Notes: a model not told the origin generated them from the sequence alone. A stretch of 63,996 bases of DNA, filler included, from Basidioascus undulatus (GCA_000826855.1; 6 parts of 6 records of this genome joined end to end with filler, not necessarily neighbours in it); one strand, 5' to 3'; shown: positions 38,847 through 52,560, counted from the first letter of the whole stretch. Numbers and translations: made by a program.

Positions 38847-40300
38847 ATGGCCCCCGTATCCGTCGACGTCTCCACCCACACGCCCGCGCCCGCGCCCGAG
38901 CAAAGCGCAGCCAAGCTCTTCGCCGCCGCCGAGCGCGACGCCCGCCTCAACGGGCTCCGGCTCAAGTCCAACGGCGGGCCGATCGACCCGGACGCGATCG
39001 GCTGGCTCGAGCCCACCTCCCGCGACGCCCCCGTCGAGGAGATTCGCGAAAAGTACGGGCGGGACGGATATGTCTATGTGAAGGGTCTGCTGCCGGTCGA
39101 TTTTGTGCGGGACATGCGGAGGAAGTGAGTCCGCTGCGCTTTCATTCTTGGACTGCGTAGGTACTCGCTGACGCCGGATGGCGTGACGCGCAGGTACTTC
39201 GAGCATGTCCAGTCGACTGGCGTTCTGAAGGAGGGGACGGAGCCCGTCGAGGGCATCTACTGCGGCGCGGACCCGCTTAAGTACGCTGGGCCGGGGACGG
39301 CGTCCACGGGCGAGGGTGACGCTCAGGCAACCGAGTTCTTGGAGCTCGCGACGTCGGCGCACTACTCCCACTTCTATGAAGAGTTTCAGCAGCATCCCGG
39401 TGCATTTTCTTCGTCCAATTCGGCAGAATAACTATCAGTGCACAGGGCTGATTTTAGTGCCGAAACTTCCGTGCCAGCGCTGTATGAATTCGCAAAACGC
39501 TTGAAGGGATGGGACGACACGCTTCTGCTGAAGCGGCAGATGCTCCGCACGAACGTCCCCGGCGCCGAAGCGACTGCAGTACACTGTATGTCTACCGCAC
39601 CCACCTCCCATCTGTACCACATACTGACGCTCCCTTCTACTCCCGTGCAGACGATCAGATCTTCCTCCGCGGCGGCCCTCCCACCTCCCTCACCGCCTGG
39701 GTGCCAATCGGCCGCGTCGCGTGCGAAGGCGGCGGGCTCATCTACCTCGAGCGCAGCCACGAAATCGGCGCGCAGATCGAGGCGGACTTTACGAAGCGCG
39801 CGGAGACGATGAGCCAACAGGACAGGCTGAGCGCGTTCAATTCGAACATGCTCAGGGGTGGAATTCTGGCGAGTAATGCGGGCGCGTGAGTTGTGCTTTT
39901 CCCTTTGCCTTTTGCGTAAGAGTTCCATTCTTAACCTGCCTAATTTTCGCTCGCAGTTTCGGCAAGGTGTACGGCCGTCGGTGGCTCGTTGCGGACTACG
40001 AAGATGGCGATGTGGTGTTCCACCATCGTGCGCACGCTCCTTGCTTGCTTCTTCTGCTGTTGGCTATGTTCATCACCCAATTTTTGCACTACAGCCACCA
40101 TGATCCACGCCTCCGCCGTGAACCAAGCACCGGACGAGCGCATCCGCCTCGCGACGGACCTTCGCTTTGTCGACCCCGCCTCGCCTTTCGATATCCGTGC
40201 GTTTTCATCTCTCATCTCGAAATTTCTCCTCGTGCAATACTAACGCTCTTGTCATTAATCAGGCTGGATGCAGCGCTGGCGCGTCGGGGACGGTCTCTGA
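38847..40300 (+). CDS. Phytanoyl-CoA dioxygenase (PhyH) family 2OG-Fe(II) oxygenase
   Basis: RDGYVYVKGLLP, TAVH|YDQIFLRGG (HxD), TAWVPIG...GGLIYL, GDVVFH, MIHAS, RLATDLRF. TATAAA at ~38769. Confidence 0.92.
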
Positions 40301-40992
40301 TCTCGAGGCTGTCCGTTTCTTGATCATTGCCGTCATTGTAGCATGATTTCTGGGCTTCTTTGCTCTCCCTCCCCCTATTCGAACACTTGTTTTCCTGAAG
40401 CTAATTGCCTAGCATGTCAGATGAAGTCAATTTGAAATGTTGCATGAAGTATTGGCCATAACCATTGAGCGGAATAGACCATGCGTCGAGGAACACGTTC
40501 GTACCCGATACGTCTCACCGGTCATGGTCAAGCCCCCTCGGGTTTGGGAGGGAAATGCCCTTTAATTTATGTATATAACTTGGATGGGAAGCAGTGAGGT
40601 TCAGAGAGGAAGGAAGCTTTTGTGTGTGCTTGCCCTCCGCGTCAGAAACTCACGGAGCCAGATGAAAGGCGAGAAGTCGCGTTTTCCGTTGTGCGTTCTT
40701 TCTTCGACTCCATCGTTCGACCTTCCTAGCCTCCAAGCATGGCACTCGCAGACGTATTATTGAGTCACTCGGGATACAGCGTCTGGATCTCGGTTGATGA
40801 CAGGCCTCTGTCCCCGTTCGGCGTCAACAGGAGGGCAATACGATCACCTGTTACATCGAGTCGCAGCTAGGCAAGGCGCGTTTTTCCCTCTTCTTCCCGC
40901 AGATTCCACATCTAGTTCAAACTCTTATTTGTGAGAGGTTTCAGGAGTTCAAGGTGCACTGGCAGGACACGTTGTTGCACCTCCGCTAGGGC

Positions 40993-42021
40993 GTGCAGAG
41001 CGCTTGTGAAGTCTGGACGGGATCCAAGCGGGGTTCCGCATTACGGCGCTGCATGGCGCAGAGTTGTCGTGTGGGGCAAGCGAATCAGCGCTACATCATG
41101 CGCCCTTACAAGTTCGCCAAGCTGAATCTTACTGGTACGACAGCCCTTTCGCCCGTTCTCTGTGTGTCGGTCGGAACTGCTTGGGGAGGGCGGTTCATCA
41201 GACGACAACGAGGCCGCGTGCACGTCGGAGGCCATGCTGAAGAGCCTCGGACAAATCGGGCTCGACATTCGCCGTGGGTACACGCTGGGCTCGAGGGAGT
41301 GGAACGCCCAGGACGCCGCCGCCGCAGGGGCCGCTTCCGCGGAGTCCAGAAAAGTCATCCACGAGCGGAGCAAGAAGGCTATCCTGACACACTTCTGAGT
41401 GCAGGATGTTCACTCGAGGTACCACATCAACGTGTGATGGTATTGACGGTAGGGCGGCTCCAGGGAAGAGCTCGAGACAAGCGCCGAGGACGAGCAAGAG
41501 CAACTTCGACTGATTGATCAACCCGGCCAGTTTGCCAGCCGCTTCATCTTCCAGTACCGCTCAAGAGGTTCGCCTTCTTAACGCCATTTTATCATCGTTC
41601 CCGCATTGACTGCCTTCCCAGAGCTCCTCCAATCCCTCGACCTCAGTGCGTCTCGTCCATCACCAACGGCTTATTGCGTTACCTCGCCTCTCAGGCTGAC
41701 GTACCTCACCTATCCCCTTTCCTCAGTCCCTCCAGACCCTCCACGCTCTCCCACTCCTCTTCCAGTTCCCGAACCTGCACCCGCACCAGGATCTTCCCGG
41801 CGCGAACGCTCGGCATCCGAGATCGATAACGACGAGGAGTACGCGCGGCTACAAGCGCGGATGTGCGAGCTCGAGCGGAAGCGCATCAAGCGCGAGGGCG
41901 AGGGCGAACGCGAGGATCGCAAGCCGGTCATTGACCTCACGGAGGATGGTACCTGAGCGGAGGACAGCAGCAGCCAAAAGCGGCCGGGGGCGTGATCGAC
42001 TTGACGGGTGATTCCGAGTAG
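40993..42021 (+). pseudogene. DUF7918-like basidiomycete protein pseudogene
   Basis: RPYKFAKLNLT|DD, IHERSKKA, RFIFQYRSR|ELLQSL and a tail with two VIDLT motifs. TGA at 41396 (possibly a damaged donor) and at 41954; no clear start. Confidence 0.6.
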
Positions 42022-42529
42022 GAGTGAAAAAGTTGCGATGCATTGACCTAAACGATTCTGCGTCTTTTGATATGGGATTGTCGACCCCCTGAAGAGCGAG
42101 CTCTGAAAGACCTGCGTTGGGGTTTGCTGGTTCACTGCCTCACCTACAGAGCTCGAGGGCTGAAAAATCGACCTTACTGTAGCTCACAATCTCTGAAGTT
42201 GATGGGAACATCTTTCATGGACTATTTCCGGTGTCGACCGAGCATTAAAGGCCATCAAGCACGGCGTCAGTGCCGCTCATACGAGGTTCACCTGAGTTTT
42301 TCGCTGCCACAGACCGAACTTGGAGTAATCATGCCCAGCTCGACATCACATGTAGTGGCGAAATTTCTCATTGAATGGCCCTGCACCCATGCAATGGGAA
42401 GGAAACAGGCGACATACACGGCTTCCGCTTTCAACAGCACCTCAGTAGTTCAATAGAAAAAGCGGAACGAGTAACTAAAATAGCCAAAATATTGACCGCA
42501 AGAACCACTACAACCCCTTCTGGATAAGT

Positions 42530-43696
42530 GAGAAAAGAAAACGCTGCAGAGGAATGAACTGCAGATGAATCTGGTAGTAGTTGGTGCCCCATTTTGCCTT
42601 GAACGCGATAAAGTGCCAGTAATACCTATGTGCTGGCGCCTCCGGTTGGTTGGGTTGCCCTGCTAGAAGACGCTTATCGGGTACCACGTCTAGCAGGGAG
42701 ACATCGGGTCAGCCATCCGATGCGCAGTCACTAGTCAAGGCGCGTCCTCCCCTGTGGCCCAGCTCACATTGGTGTCCTGCCTATACCACGAAGGAACGAG
42801 CTCGCCATTGCTGTTGACGGATCAGATGTTCCCCTCGTAGTTCTGGCCGTTGTTCGTGTTGTACTGCAACCATGCGTATCTAGACACAGGCGTCCCCGTC
42901 ACGAGTAATCAATCAAGGTCCTGCCTTCGTGATCGAGTTGTCGGAAGGACCCACTCAGACCCGGCACAACCATTGTCGATATACGCGCCTCCACTTGCAA
43001 TGCGCCCGGCGAGGCCCAATCCGTTGAAGCTCAGGGAGGCGGCCTCTGGGGCGGGGGGCGCAGCGCTTACAACGAATCGACCCCGTTGAGCGGGCGTGAC
43101 TGAGCTAAGAGTCAAGATGTTCAAGCTCGCTAGCACAAGAAGATAGACTTTTAGTCGCAAGGCTCTTTGAACCAGTTTGAAATGCACCACGTATATCGTG
43201 GCCAACGAGGCATGCAATACGTACTTCCTGCGAAGACACACCCGATGAGCTCGTAATTCTCGTCGTAGATGTAAATATTGCCCTATATGCTGTATCGGTG
43301 TCAAACTGTCAACGAGAAATCTGTGTATATGGGTACACACCAGATGTTCAACCCCCGCGCCAGAGCGAACGGTGCCGTGGGCAACCTGGACGGCTCAGCT
43401 CGAGGCGCTGTAAGGGGTCAGAGCCACAAGCGACTGTGAGTATAACAACCGCGTGGAAAGTTAGCCGACTTACCGATTTTGGCGAGGTACCGGGGGACCC
43501 GCTCCTACCGTCCATGCCTAGGGTGCAGCGCGCGCAAAGGGAGACCAAGCTGGAGGTGGGCCGCATTCGACAGCGGTGGAAGGCGCGCTGCAACGGCACC
43601 CTCTCCCGCCTGCGTCGATATCAGGGTTGTGTGGTTCGCCGGGTTCGCGAATGCTTGCAAGACGAGGGGAAGAAGAATGGGGAAAGTGTACCGCAT
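42530..43696 (-). pseudogene. Degenerate secreted protein of a basidiomycete family with an 'NA.RL..GLPL' motif
   Basis: Signal peptide MRYTFPILLPLVLQAFA, SNAAHLQLGLPLRA, and a later EGNI*SVNSNGELVPSW segment with TGA at 42824-42822 where Trp is expected. Confidence 0.45.
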
Positions 43697-45189
43697 TGTG
43701 ACTTAGTTGGTGCTGAGGAGAGAAAGAACGAAGTGGTGGGAGGAACAGAGCAGCGCGCAGCCTTGCTTTAAAGCACTGGCAGTCGCGACGGAGATGAGGC
43801 CGAGGGACACAGACAGATACGGGCGCGAAGAAGAAACGAGAAGACCAGGCCCCACCGCCACTCTCTATGGAGAAAAGACACGTACGCATCCTTCAAAGAG
43901 TCCGGGAGAACTGTACATTTGCTTTGGCACGAAGAGAGGTTCGTGTTCCTCACTGACACAAGGTTTCTCGACTCGCAGCCAGGCCACAATCCTGCTGGTA
44001 TGCGTAGAAGATGTTGTATTTGAGCCAGTGGACCCGAAAAGAAGAGAGCCTATTATGACTCCGGAGAAAGTACTGAAAGCATGCAGCAGGCACTAGTGCC
44101 CGCAAGAGGTTTGACATCTGAACGTAATGCCGCTGGCCCATGCGGTTGTTGTCTTTCGCCTGCTTTCCCGGTCTTTATGCCTTACTCCACAGCGATTAAA
44201 GTAGAAAATAAACATCAACAACTGCAATGCCTGGCCGAGAGTGTAGCGGCCTGTGGCGGAAACACTGCAGGAAGCGCGTCGAGTTCAGCCGGTGCCCTCA
44301 GGCCGAGGGTCCCTCTCGTCTTTGGATTACGGGGGTCATCATAAATCTCCGTAAGCCAATGGGATCAAACCAAGGCATGCTACTTAGGGCATGATGGCTT
44401 GCCTAGTCTGCTGAGAACTACGTCAAGACGAGGACATTCGGTTGGTACACACTCTGGGGGCTCCCGGATCTCCCATAGAAACTGCCATAAATATGTCCAA
44501 AGTCGCTCTTAGCCCAGTTGTAGCAGCGGTGAATGCTCAGCTCCGAGTTCCGAAATGCGAACACCAGGCCGTCTGCTGTCGTGTCCCAACTGGCTCCGGG
44601 CCACTGATCCGATTTGCGAGCTCTCAGAGTCACGGGCTTCTAGTTATTTAAGAAAAATAGAACAGACGTATCCAGACGCATAATGAGCTATCTCTACATC
44701 CAAGGATCGCTGACAGAAGGACAGCGGGAGCAAGAGCAGTGTCAATCAACAAAGGTCTCCCCGCTCTCCTACCAGAAACGAGGGCTACAGGTGCATTGTA
44801 TTGATACAAAACCTTAAAAGATCATAAAGTTGGACAATCGAGCCAACGGTCGAGTCATGGCAGTCTGGCGTCTCTCTCCCATGCCGCCCCGAACGTTCAC
44901 AGTAGAACAGTGAGTGCCTCTCTTGCTCCTTCAATTCCTCTCCATCATATTTAAATCCTTTAATATTTTGAGCGCTCTGGTACGGTGCAGTGCACTTTGT
45001 CAGACGACTGTCCTTCATCAAGACGGCGCAGGTCCTCAATTCGCTCACGTGACGCTGACGCATTCTCCTGTGCAAGACGACCAGTCTTCCTCGATACCGC
45101 CATCTCTCTTCAGAAACGCGCCCTTCTCCCATCAGGCTTTGTTCTGTACCAGCGCCATACTCACGGCGTAGTTATCGCGCATCCGATAT

Positions 45190-48100
45190 ATGCTCTGCCG
45201 CCTCGGACAGCGCCTGTCCGCCCTCACGACCCGACCCCGATCCCAGCTCCTCCCCCGCCGCGCCGCCGCCGCCCACCTCGCCACGATGGTCGATGGCAAG
45301 ACGTTTGGGAACTTTGACAAGATTGCTGATGTGAAGGTATGCCTGATCAGATATGATGGACGTTTGGGAAGCCGGGGCAGAGCGGCTGAGAGATGAGCTG
45401 CTGGTAGGTCGGCTATGCCCCGATCGAGGTCCAGCGGTGGAAGAGTCGGGTGACGGGGCTCAGTGTAGCTCACGTCAAGCACGAAGGTGAGACTTCTTCT
45501 GCCAGAACTCACGCCAAATTGAGTTATAAAGCCGAACAATTCCCGCAGGACCTATCACCAACGCCTTCTTCACCGTCCCGACCGAGATCTTCGACGACTC
45601 GGGCTGCCCGCACACCCTCGAGCACCTCGTCTTCCTCGGGTCCAAGCTCTACCCGTACAAGGGTGTCCTCGACACGCTCGCGAACCGTGCGTTCGCTAGT
45701 GGCACGAATGCGTGGACGGACAGTGCGTCTCGTCTGGGAGAAGGCTTCAGGCGGGCCGGGCGGGAGACTGAAGCTGGGCTGGCGGAATCACAGCGGACCA
45801 GACGGTCTACACTCTCACGACGGCCGGGTATGAGGGATTCTTGAGGATGCTTCCTGGTACGCCTCTGTTCGCACCGTTGGTAAAGGAAACCGGTAGTTGA
45901 CCCTGAGGCTTGACAGTCTACATGGACCATCTCCTCCGCCCCACCATCACCGACTCGGGCTTCACGACCGAGATTCATCACATCAACCCCGAGGGCGAAA
46001 ACGCCGGCGTGGTCTACTCTGAGGCACATTTTGCTCAGAGTTCCCAAAAACGCCCCAGGCTGACATCTCCGGCTTCTGCGCAGATGCAAGGCCGCTCGAC
46101 CACGCCGGGCGACCTCATGGACGACAAGTACCGCTCGCTCATGTTCCCCAAGGACAGCGCGTACCGGTCCGAGACGGGCGGGCTGATGGAGGCGCTGCGG
46201 GTGCTTACTGTTGAGAAAGGTGCGCGTTGTCCCCCTTTCACGCCACAGTCTGGGGACACGCTCACGACGCTTTCCTCCACGCAGTCCGGGACTTCCACAA
46301 GTCTTTTTACTCACCCCACAATATGGTAATCCATCCCCTACTGCCTCTTCCATCTTCGCCGCCCCACCTTTCCTTCGACTCACCCTTTCGCCGCCCAGTC
46401 TCTCGTCGTCTCCGGCGACCTCCCGACCTCGTCGCTCCTGCAAGTCCTGCAGGACACCATCGAGCCGCGGATTATCGAGCACGCCAAGGCGCACAACCTG
46501 CCGCTCTCACCCAAGCCGGCCGGGTGGAAGCGCCCCTTCGTGGAGACCGACAGCGCGAAGCGGCTGAAGCTGGAGGGCGACAAGCGGGAGACGGTCGAGT
46601 TTCCGGAAAAGGATGAGAGTGTGGGCGAGGTGGAGCTCGCTTGGGTTGGGCCGGAGAACAACGACTTCTTGACGGGCAAGGTTGGGTGGTTCGGACCTGG
46701 CTGTTCGCGATTTGATGCTGACTGCTTGGATCGCAGGCTATCGATGTGCTCGGAAACTACCTTACCGAGTATGTCTCGCTTTCCGTTTCATTTTCTGCAT
46801 ACCTCACAGCAGAAATTCACCTGCTCTTGGCCTCACCCCTCCCAGCTCTCCCATCTCCCCCCTCCAAAAAGCGCTCGTCGAGATCCCCTCGCCGTACTGC
46901 ACCGAGATCTACTGGTACTCGCGTGAGCGCATCTGCCGCGACACGCTGCACGTCGCGCTCGCCTCCGTCCCTACGGCGGAGCTCGAGAACGTCGAGGGCA
47001 AGGTGAAGCAGGTGCTGGAGCAGATCAGGAAGGACGGCTTCGACATGGAGCGGATGCGGATGGTGCTGCGGAGGGACCGGGTCAAGGTAAATCGGCGATG
47101 TGAAACAGGATGGAAGCGCGAATGGAGGAGACTGATGCTGGTGGGGACCGAACTAGCTTCTCGACCAAGTGGAGCGTGGCGCGGGCGACTTGTTTGGGAC
47201 TGTGCTCATCGGCGACCACCTTTGTGAGTGGTCAAGTGCGTGTATACCGCTGTGCGACCTGCTTACACTGCTCGGCTTGGCGTTTCTTAGACGGCGACGA
47301 GCAAGGCAAGGACCTGCAGGAAGTCCTGCGCGACATGGACCGCTTCGACGCGCTGGACAAGTGGACTTCGGAGGACTGGGTCAAGCTCCTCTCCAAGTAG
47401 GTTCGCCGTTCACCTTCCACATTGCGCTTGGCTCATGCGAGCCCAACCCACTCAGGTACTACCTCGACGCCCCTCTCGTGGCGGTGCACGGGAAGCCATC
47501 GTCCATCCTCGCTAAGAAGCTTGAGGAGGACGAGAAGGCGCGGGCGGCGAAGCAGCGTGAGGCGCTGGGTCCCGAGGGTTTGAAGAAGGCAGCGGAGGAG
47601 CTGGAGAAGGCGCAGAAGGAGAACGACCAGCCTATCCCGCCCGGTGCGCCGTTTTAACATCCGATCATGGTAGCGTTGTCGCTTATGAGAAGGATGGGTG
47701 TGGGGTGTGGCGAGCAGAGATGATCAGCAGCTTCGAGGTCCCTTCTGTCGAGACGATCTCGTGGATCCCGGTGCAGAGCGCCAGGGGCGGCCGGAACGAG
47801 ACGGCTGCGGCGAACGAGCTGGGGCAGCACCTCGAGAAGGACCGGGCGGACCTGCCGGTGTTCGTGCAGTTCGACCACGTCAAGGTGCGTTTCATCCGGC
47901 GGTGGGTTAGTCGTGACGCTCGGACGTGACTGACGGTGTTGGTGTAGTCTAACTTTGTCACGCTCCACCTCTACCTCTCGACCTCCTCTCTCCCTAAGCA
48001 CCTCCGCCCGTGGGTCTTACTTTCTCTAACCATCGCCATCTTTCGCTGTGCTCAATTTACGCCACTTGCAGCTACGCCTCCCTCTACCTCTCCTCCTTCT

Positions 48101-49964
48101 TCTCCCTGCCCGTCACCCTCGCGGACGGGACCAAGCTCACTCACGAGGCAGTCGTCAAGGCGCTGGACGACACGACGGTCGAGTACGACATCGCGTTCGG
48201 CACGCGCGGCGGCGCGTTCGCCGAGGTCCTCCACGTCGCGCTCAAGGTCGAGCTCGACAAGTACGAGCGCGCCATCGGCTGGCTCCGCGACCTTGTGTAC
48301 CGCTCTGAGCTCGACGTCGAGCGTCTCAAGATCACTGCCGCTAAGATCCAGCAGAGCTTGCCTGAGTGCGTCCTCGCAGCCTTTTCTTCTCAGTCCGGCA
48401 GTGGGAGCGATGGCTGATGCGTCCTGGGTGTGTCGGGACGTAACAACAGGCAGAAGCGCGACGGCGACACCGTCGCGTGGGCCGTTTCGGGCAGCATCAT
48501 GTTCGACAGCACGCAGCAGGCGAACGCTGTCCTCGAGCAGGCCAAGTTCAACCCGGAGGTTGTCAAGAAGCTCGAGGAGAAGCCGGAGGACGTCGTTAAG
48601 GACCTGGAGGAATTCCGGAAGTTTGGTGAGTGGGTATTCCGTGACCGAGCAAGCAAAGCAGCCAGAACACCTAACTGAACTGTGGTGAAACAGTCACCGC
48701 GCCCCAGAACCTGCGCGTCAGCGTCGCTGGCAACGTGCTTGGCCTTAAGCAACCGCAGAAGGCGTGGGTGGACCACTTTGAGAAGCTGCCTGTGCGTTGT
48801 TCACGTTGTACTACCAGCTAGTGGGTCGGCTGATCTGACTTGGGGCATGTGCAGTCGGCCGAGCTCTCCCCGGTCCCGTGGACGAAGGACTTCCGTCTCC
48901 CGCTCGGCGACAACCCGAGCAAGAAGGTAACACTGCATTGTTCGCTTTGCTGCACGCCCACGACGCTGACCGCGCCTGGTTCCCTACACAGGCGGTTATT
49001 GTTCCCCACCCCGCTATCGAGTCCTCCTTTGGCGTGCACACTTCCAAGGGCATCGAGGGCTTCGAGCACCCCGACGCGCCTAAGCTCATCGTCACGCTCG
49101 GCGTTCTCAACGCCATGGAGAGCTACTTGTGGCGCTACATTCGCGGCACGGGTCTTGCCTGTGAGCTTTATGTCGCGTGTAGAGGAGCCGCCGTTACTGA
49201 TTGAGACCTGAGCTACCATGCAGACGGCGCCTCGATCACGCAGAATCCGGAGTCGGGTCTGCTGACCTTCTCGGTGTACAAGGTCAGCCCTTTGCTGAGG
49301 AACGAAAGAAGCGAGCTGTTCTGACCATTGTCCGGCACTGCATGATCAGGCTCCCAACAGCTTCAAGGCGTATGAGGAGGGCGGCAAGGTCGTGCGCAAG
49401 CTCGCTGCTGGCGAGGTATGTTCATCGGGCATCACTCACGCTACAGCGGCGTTCTGGAGCTCACTGTCAATTGTGCCTGTCCCAGATTGACCTCGAGGAG
49501 ACAACTCTCGAGTCCTCCATCTCCTCGCTCTGCTTCTCGATGGCGAACCGCGAGGCGACGGTCGGGCAGGCGGCGTCCGCGTCGTTCGTCAACCAAGTAT
49601 TCAAGCACGTCCCGCAGCACTACAACCAGCAGTTGCTCTCTGAGTTCAAGGTCCGCATCCTCATCCTCATCCTTCCCCTCCCCTTCCGATCTTTCCCTGA
49701 ACCCCTGTTTCCCTTCCCCCCGAGCAGAAGGTCACCAAGTCGGACGTGCTCGACACGCTGCGCAACTACATCGTGCCCCTCTTCGACCCCGCCACCTCCG
49801 TCGCGGTCATCGTCGCCGCGCCGAGCAAGGTCGACGACATCGAAAAGAGCCTGCAGGGCGCCGGGTTCGAGGTCGAGCGCCGCTCGATCGACTTTGGAGG
49901 GGAGGAGGACGGCAGTGGCAGCGAGAGCGGGAGCGAGTCGGGCAGCGAGGACGGCGGACGATGA
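45190..49964 (+). CDS. M16 (insulinase/LuxS-MPP-like) zinc metallopeptidase, YOL098C-like, many exons
   Basis: TEIFDDSGCPHTLEHLVFLGSKLYPYKG (HxxEH), GTNAWT, GVVYSE|MQG, YRSETGG, LWRYIRGTGLAYGA, and an acidic tail ending at TGA 49964. Confidence 0.93.
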
Positions 49965-50211
49965 GGAGCGGATCCGCGTGGTGGATGGGCTCATGATACT
50001 ATTTGACTAGAAGGTTTATTTGTGCGCGCTCGCGGTCAGGCACTGCCGAATCAGAGGCACTGGGTAGCAACTCAGACGTGCGCGCCATCTCTGGCTCGGC
50101 TCAGCAGGATAGCGACAGTCGAGCAGTGTATCTCATCATCCGTGGTATATACATGTAAGCTAAATGCAGTCTGCAGCAAACACACCCCAAGATTTATCAG
50201 TGCACATCCGC

Positions 50212-52023
50212 TCAACACATCCTCATTCCGCATTCCGCATCTCCTTCCACCTCTAAAACAGCGTCACCCTCAGCAACCGCAGCCGCAACCTGGGCCTCAT
50301 CGTCCTCCACGGCCGCAACCTCCTCATCCTTCTCGGCCTCAGCCTCCTTCGCAGGCTCAGCCGGCTCGGGCATCTTCTTCTCCGCCTCCTCATCATCCTT
50401 GTTCTCCTTCTCGCTCCCCTCCGCGCCACTCTCAGCCTCAGCCTCAGCCTCAGCCTCAGCCTCCCCATCCAAGGCGGAAGAGCCCTCCTCGCCGGATGTG
50501 AGGACGACAGGGTCTTGGCCGGGCATGCGCTGCGCGCGTGGGGTTGACGTGGATGAGCGTGGGGCGCGAAGGGGTGAAGGTAGAGAGGAGAAGGGAAAGA
50601 CGTACGACGAAAGCGTAGCGGCAGACTTTGAGGCCCTTTGTAAGGCCCGTGGCGAGCCAGGCTTTCTTCACGGTCTGGTGATGGAGAATGGGAGTGGTCA
50701 GCGGGAAGCGGGGTGGGGGATGGGTGGGATGGGGATGGGATGGAAACGCACGTAGAGCCCGTCGTACCGGTATCCGTCTGCCGGGGCCCACTGCGTTCCG
50801 ATGCCATGTCAGTGCACTTTCGGCCAGAGGTAGGGAAGAAAAAATTGGGCGTGGATATACCTTACTGGGCAGCTTGAACCCGCGGATGACGCGCACGGGC
50901 TTGCCCGTCTCGTGCGAGCGCTTGAGCGCGGCGTTGAGCGGGTTGTCGAAGGACTGGTCGAACGCTGTTGCCCGCGGTGGAGACATTCAGACAGATCGGT
51001 CAGCGGGAGGGCAGTGGGGCAAAGGGGAAAAGGAGGGGAGAGGGGTGTGTAGACGCACTCTGCGGCGCCGTGCGCAGGTTCTTCGGGTTCTGCTTGGTGC
51101 CCTTGAGGTCCCGCCCGCCACAGCCCGTGTACGTGAAAGAGTTCCCGTTGTCCACGTCGTCCCTGTGGGCCGTGTATCAGCACTAAAGGTAGCAGGGTGT
51201 GCAGAGATGCACGGATTGTGGGGACGCACGGGTACCCCCCGGACAGGGCGATCGACCACGCGCCTTGCTCGGCGTTGCCTGAGATACCGGCGACGGTTGG
51301 GCTGGGTGGAGGGGGAGTTTAGGGGTCGATGGGGAAAGGAGAAGGGGAGAAAGAGATGGAGGACGAACGCATGCACGGCTGCGCGCGAACACTCGATACG
51401 CGTCTTCCACCACGTTCCGACCGGGACGCCGGGGATTGCGCCGAACTTCTTGCTGCACCCCTCACCCACATCAGCCAAAAGCGGGTCACATGGATGCTTT
51501 GAATAAGCACACGCACGGGTTATGCAGCCTCTCCCCAACAGTCACCCCGAACCCGCTCCCGCGCTGTTCCCCCTCCTTCTCATCATCGCCAACCACGAAC
51601 TGCCCGCCTCCCCGCGCGCTGGGCGACCCCACTTCGCGGTAGAGCTTGACCGACTGTGCCGTGTAGTCGACCGTCTTCCCCGCCATGCGCGTACTGCGGC
51701 GCGTGCCCGTGCTCGGCGCGGGGGACGCGCTCACAGATGCCCGCCGCTGCGATTTCGGCGCCGACTCCTCGCCGTCGGTGGCTTTGCGTTTCTTGGAAGT
51801 GGGCGTGCTGAACTTCCCCTTGCACCGCGTGGGCGCCTTGCGCGGGGACAGATTGAGGGACGCCCCGCCTGGCCCGGTCAGTTCGAGCACGGCTAGGAGC
51901 GCAGCGTTCGCGGCTATGTTGGCTTCGCGCTGGGAGAGCAGAGGTTGGGGTTGAGTTCAAGGGCGAGCTGGGTGAAGGGAAGGGAGATGGGGAGCACACC
52001 TGGCGGTCGTAGGCCGTGGCCAT
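50212..52023 (-). CDS. Stand-alone SRA/YDG domain protein (UHRF1-like methyl-DNA reader)
   Basis: FGAIPGVPVG, VHA|PTVAGI, SIALSGGYP|DDVD.G..FTYTGCGGRD, NAALKRS, PVRVIRG, YRYDGLY, and an acidic C-terminal tail. Confidence 0.92.
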
Positions 52024-52530
52024 GTTATATCGGGCCGGTAAGGGTATAGGGTATAGGGAGGGAAAGAGCGTGGATGGACGATGTGGATGGTCAGCGAGAG
52101 GCTGGGCACCGTGAGGGCAAGAGTAAGAAGCAAGGAAGGAAGGCTGGTTGTGACCATCGACGCTTCGGGCCGGAAGCTTTGAGACATATCATTAAACGCG
52201 TCGCGTCGTGCAGTGTCGCCTGCAGTCCTGAGCTGCATTGGATTGGACTTAAACCCCTCTGCATTTCATTTAGGAATTCAACAATCAGCGGACAATCGGA
52301 CCTGAAGGTACTTTCGTAGCCCCACTCAGGCCGGCCAGTCAGACTGCTCACTACTGGCACCCCTTCCTCTTGTCAATCCTTTTGAGCCACGGCTTTTGCA
52401 CCTTCGCAATTAATCAAGTTCTGTTCAGATTCCCTACGCCGGAGCGAGTAACTGATGTTTGTTGAAAAAGAGTTCGCGGGTGTAGAAGAACAAACGTTGA
52501 GCAAGTTGTTTGGCAGCTTGACAGAGCACA

Positions 52531-52560
52531 AACACGGAAACACGGAAACACGGAAACACG
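52531..52560. repeat. 8-bp tandem repeat (AACACGGA)x~3.7 in a divergent intergenic region
   Basis: aacacgga-aacacgga-aacacgga-aacacg. Confidence 0.85.
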
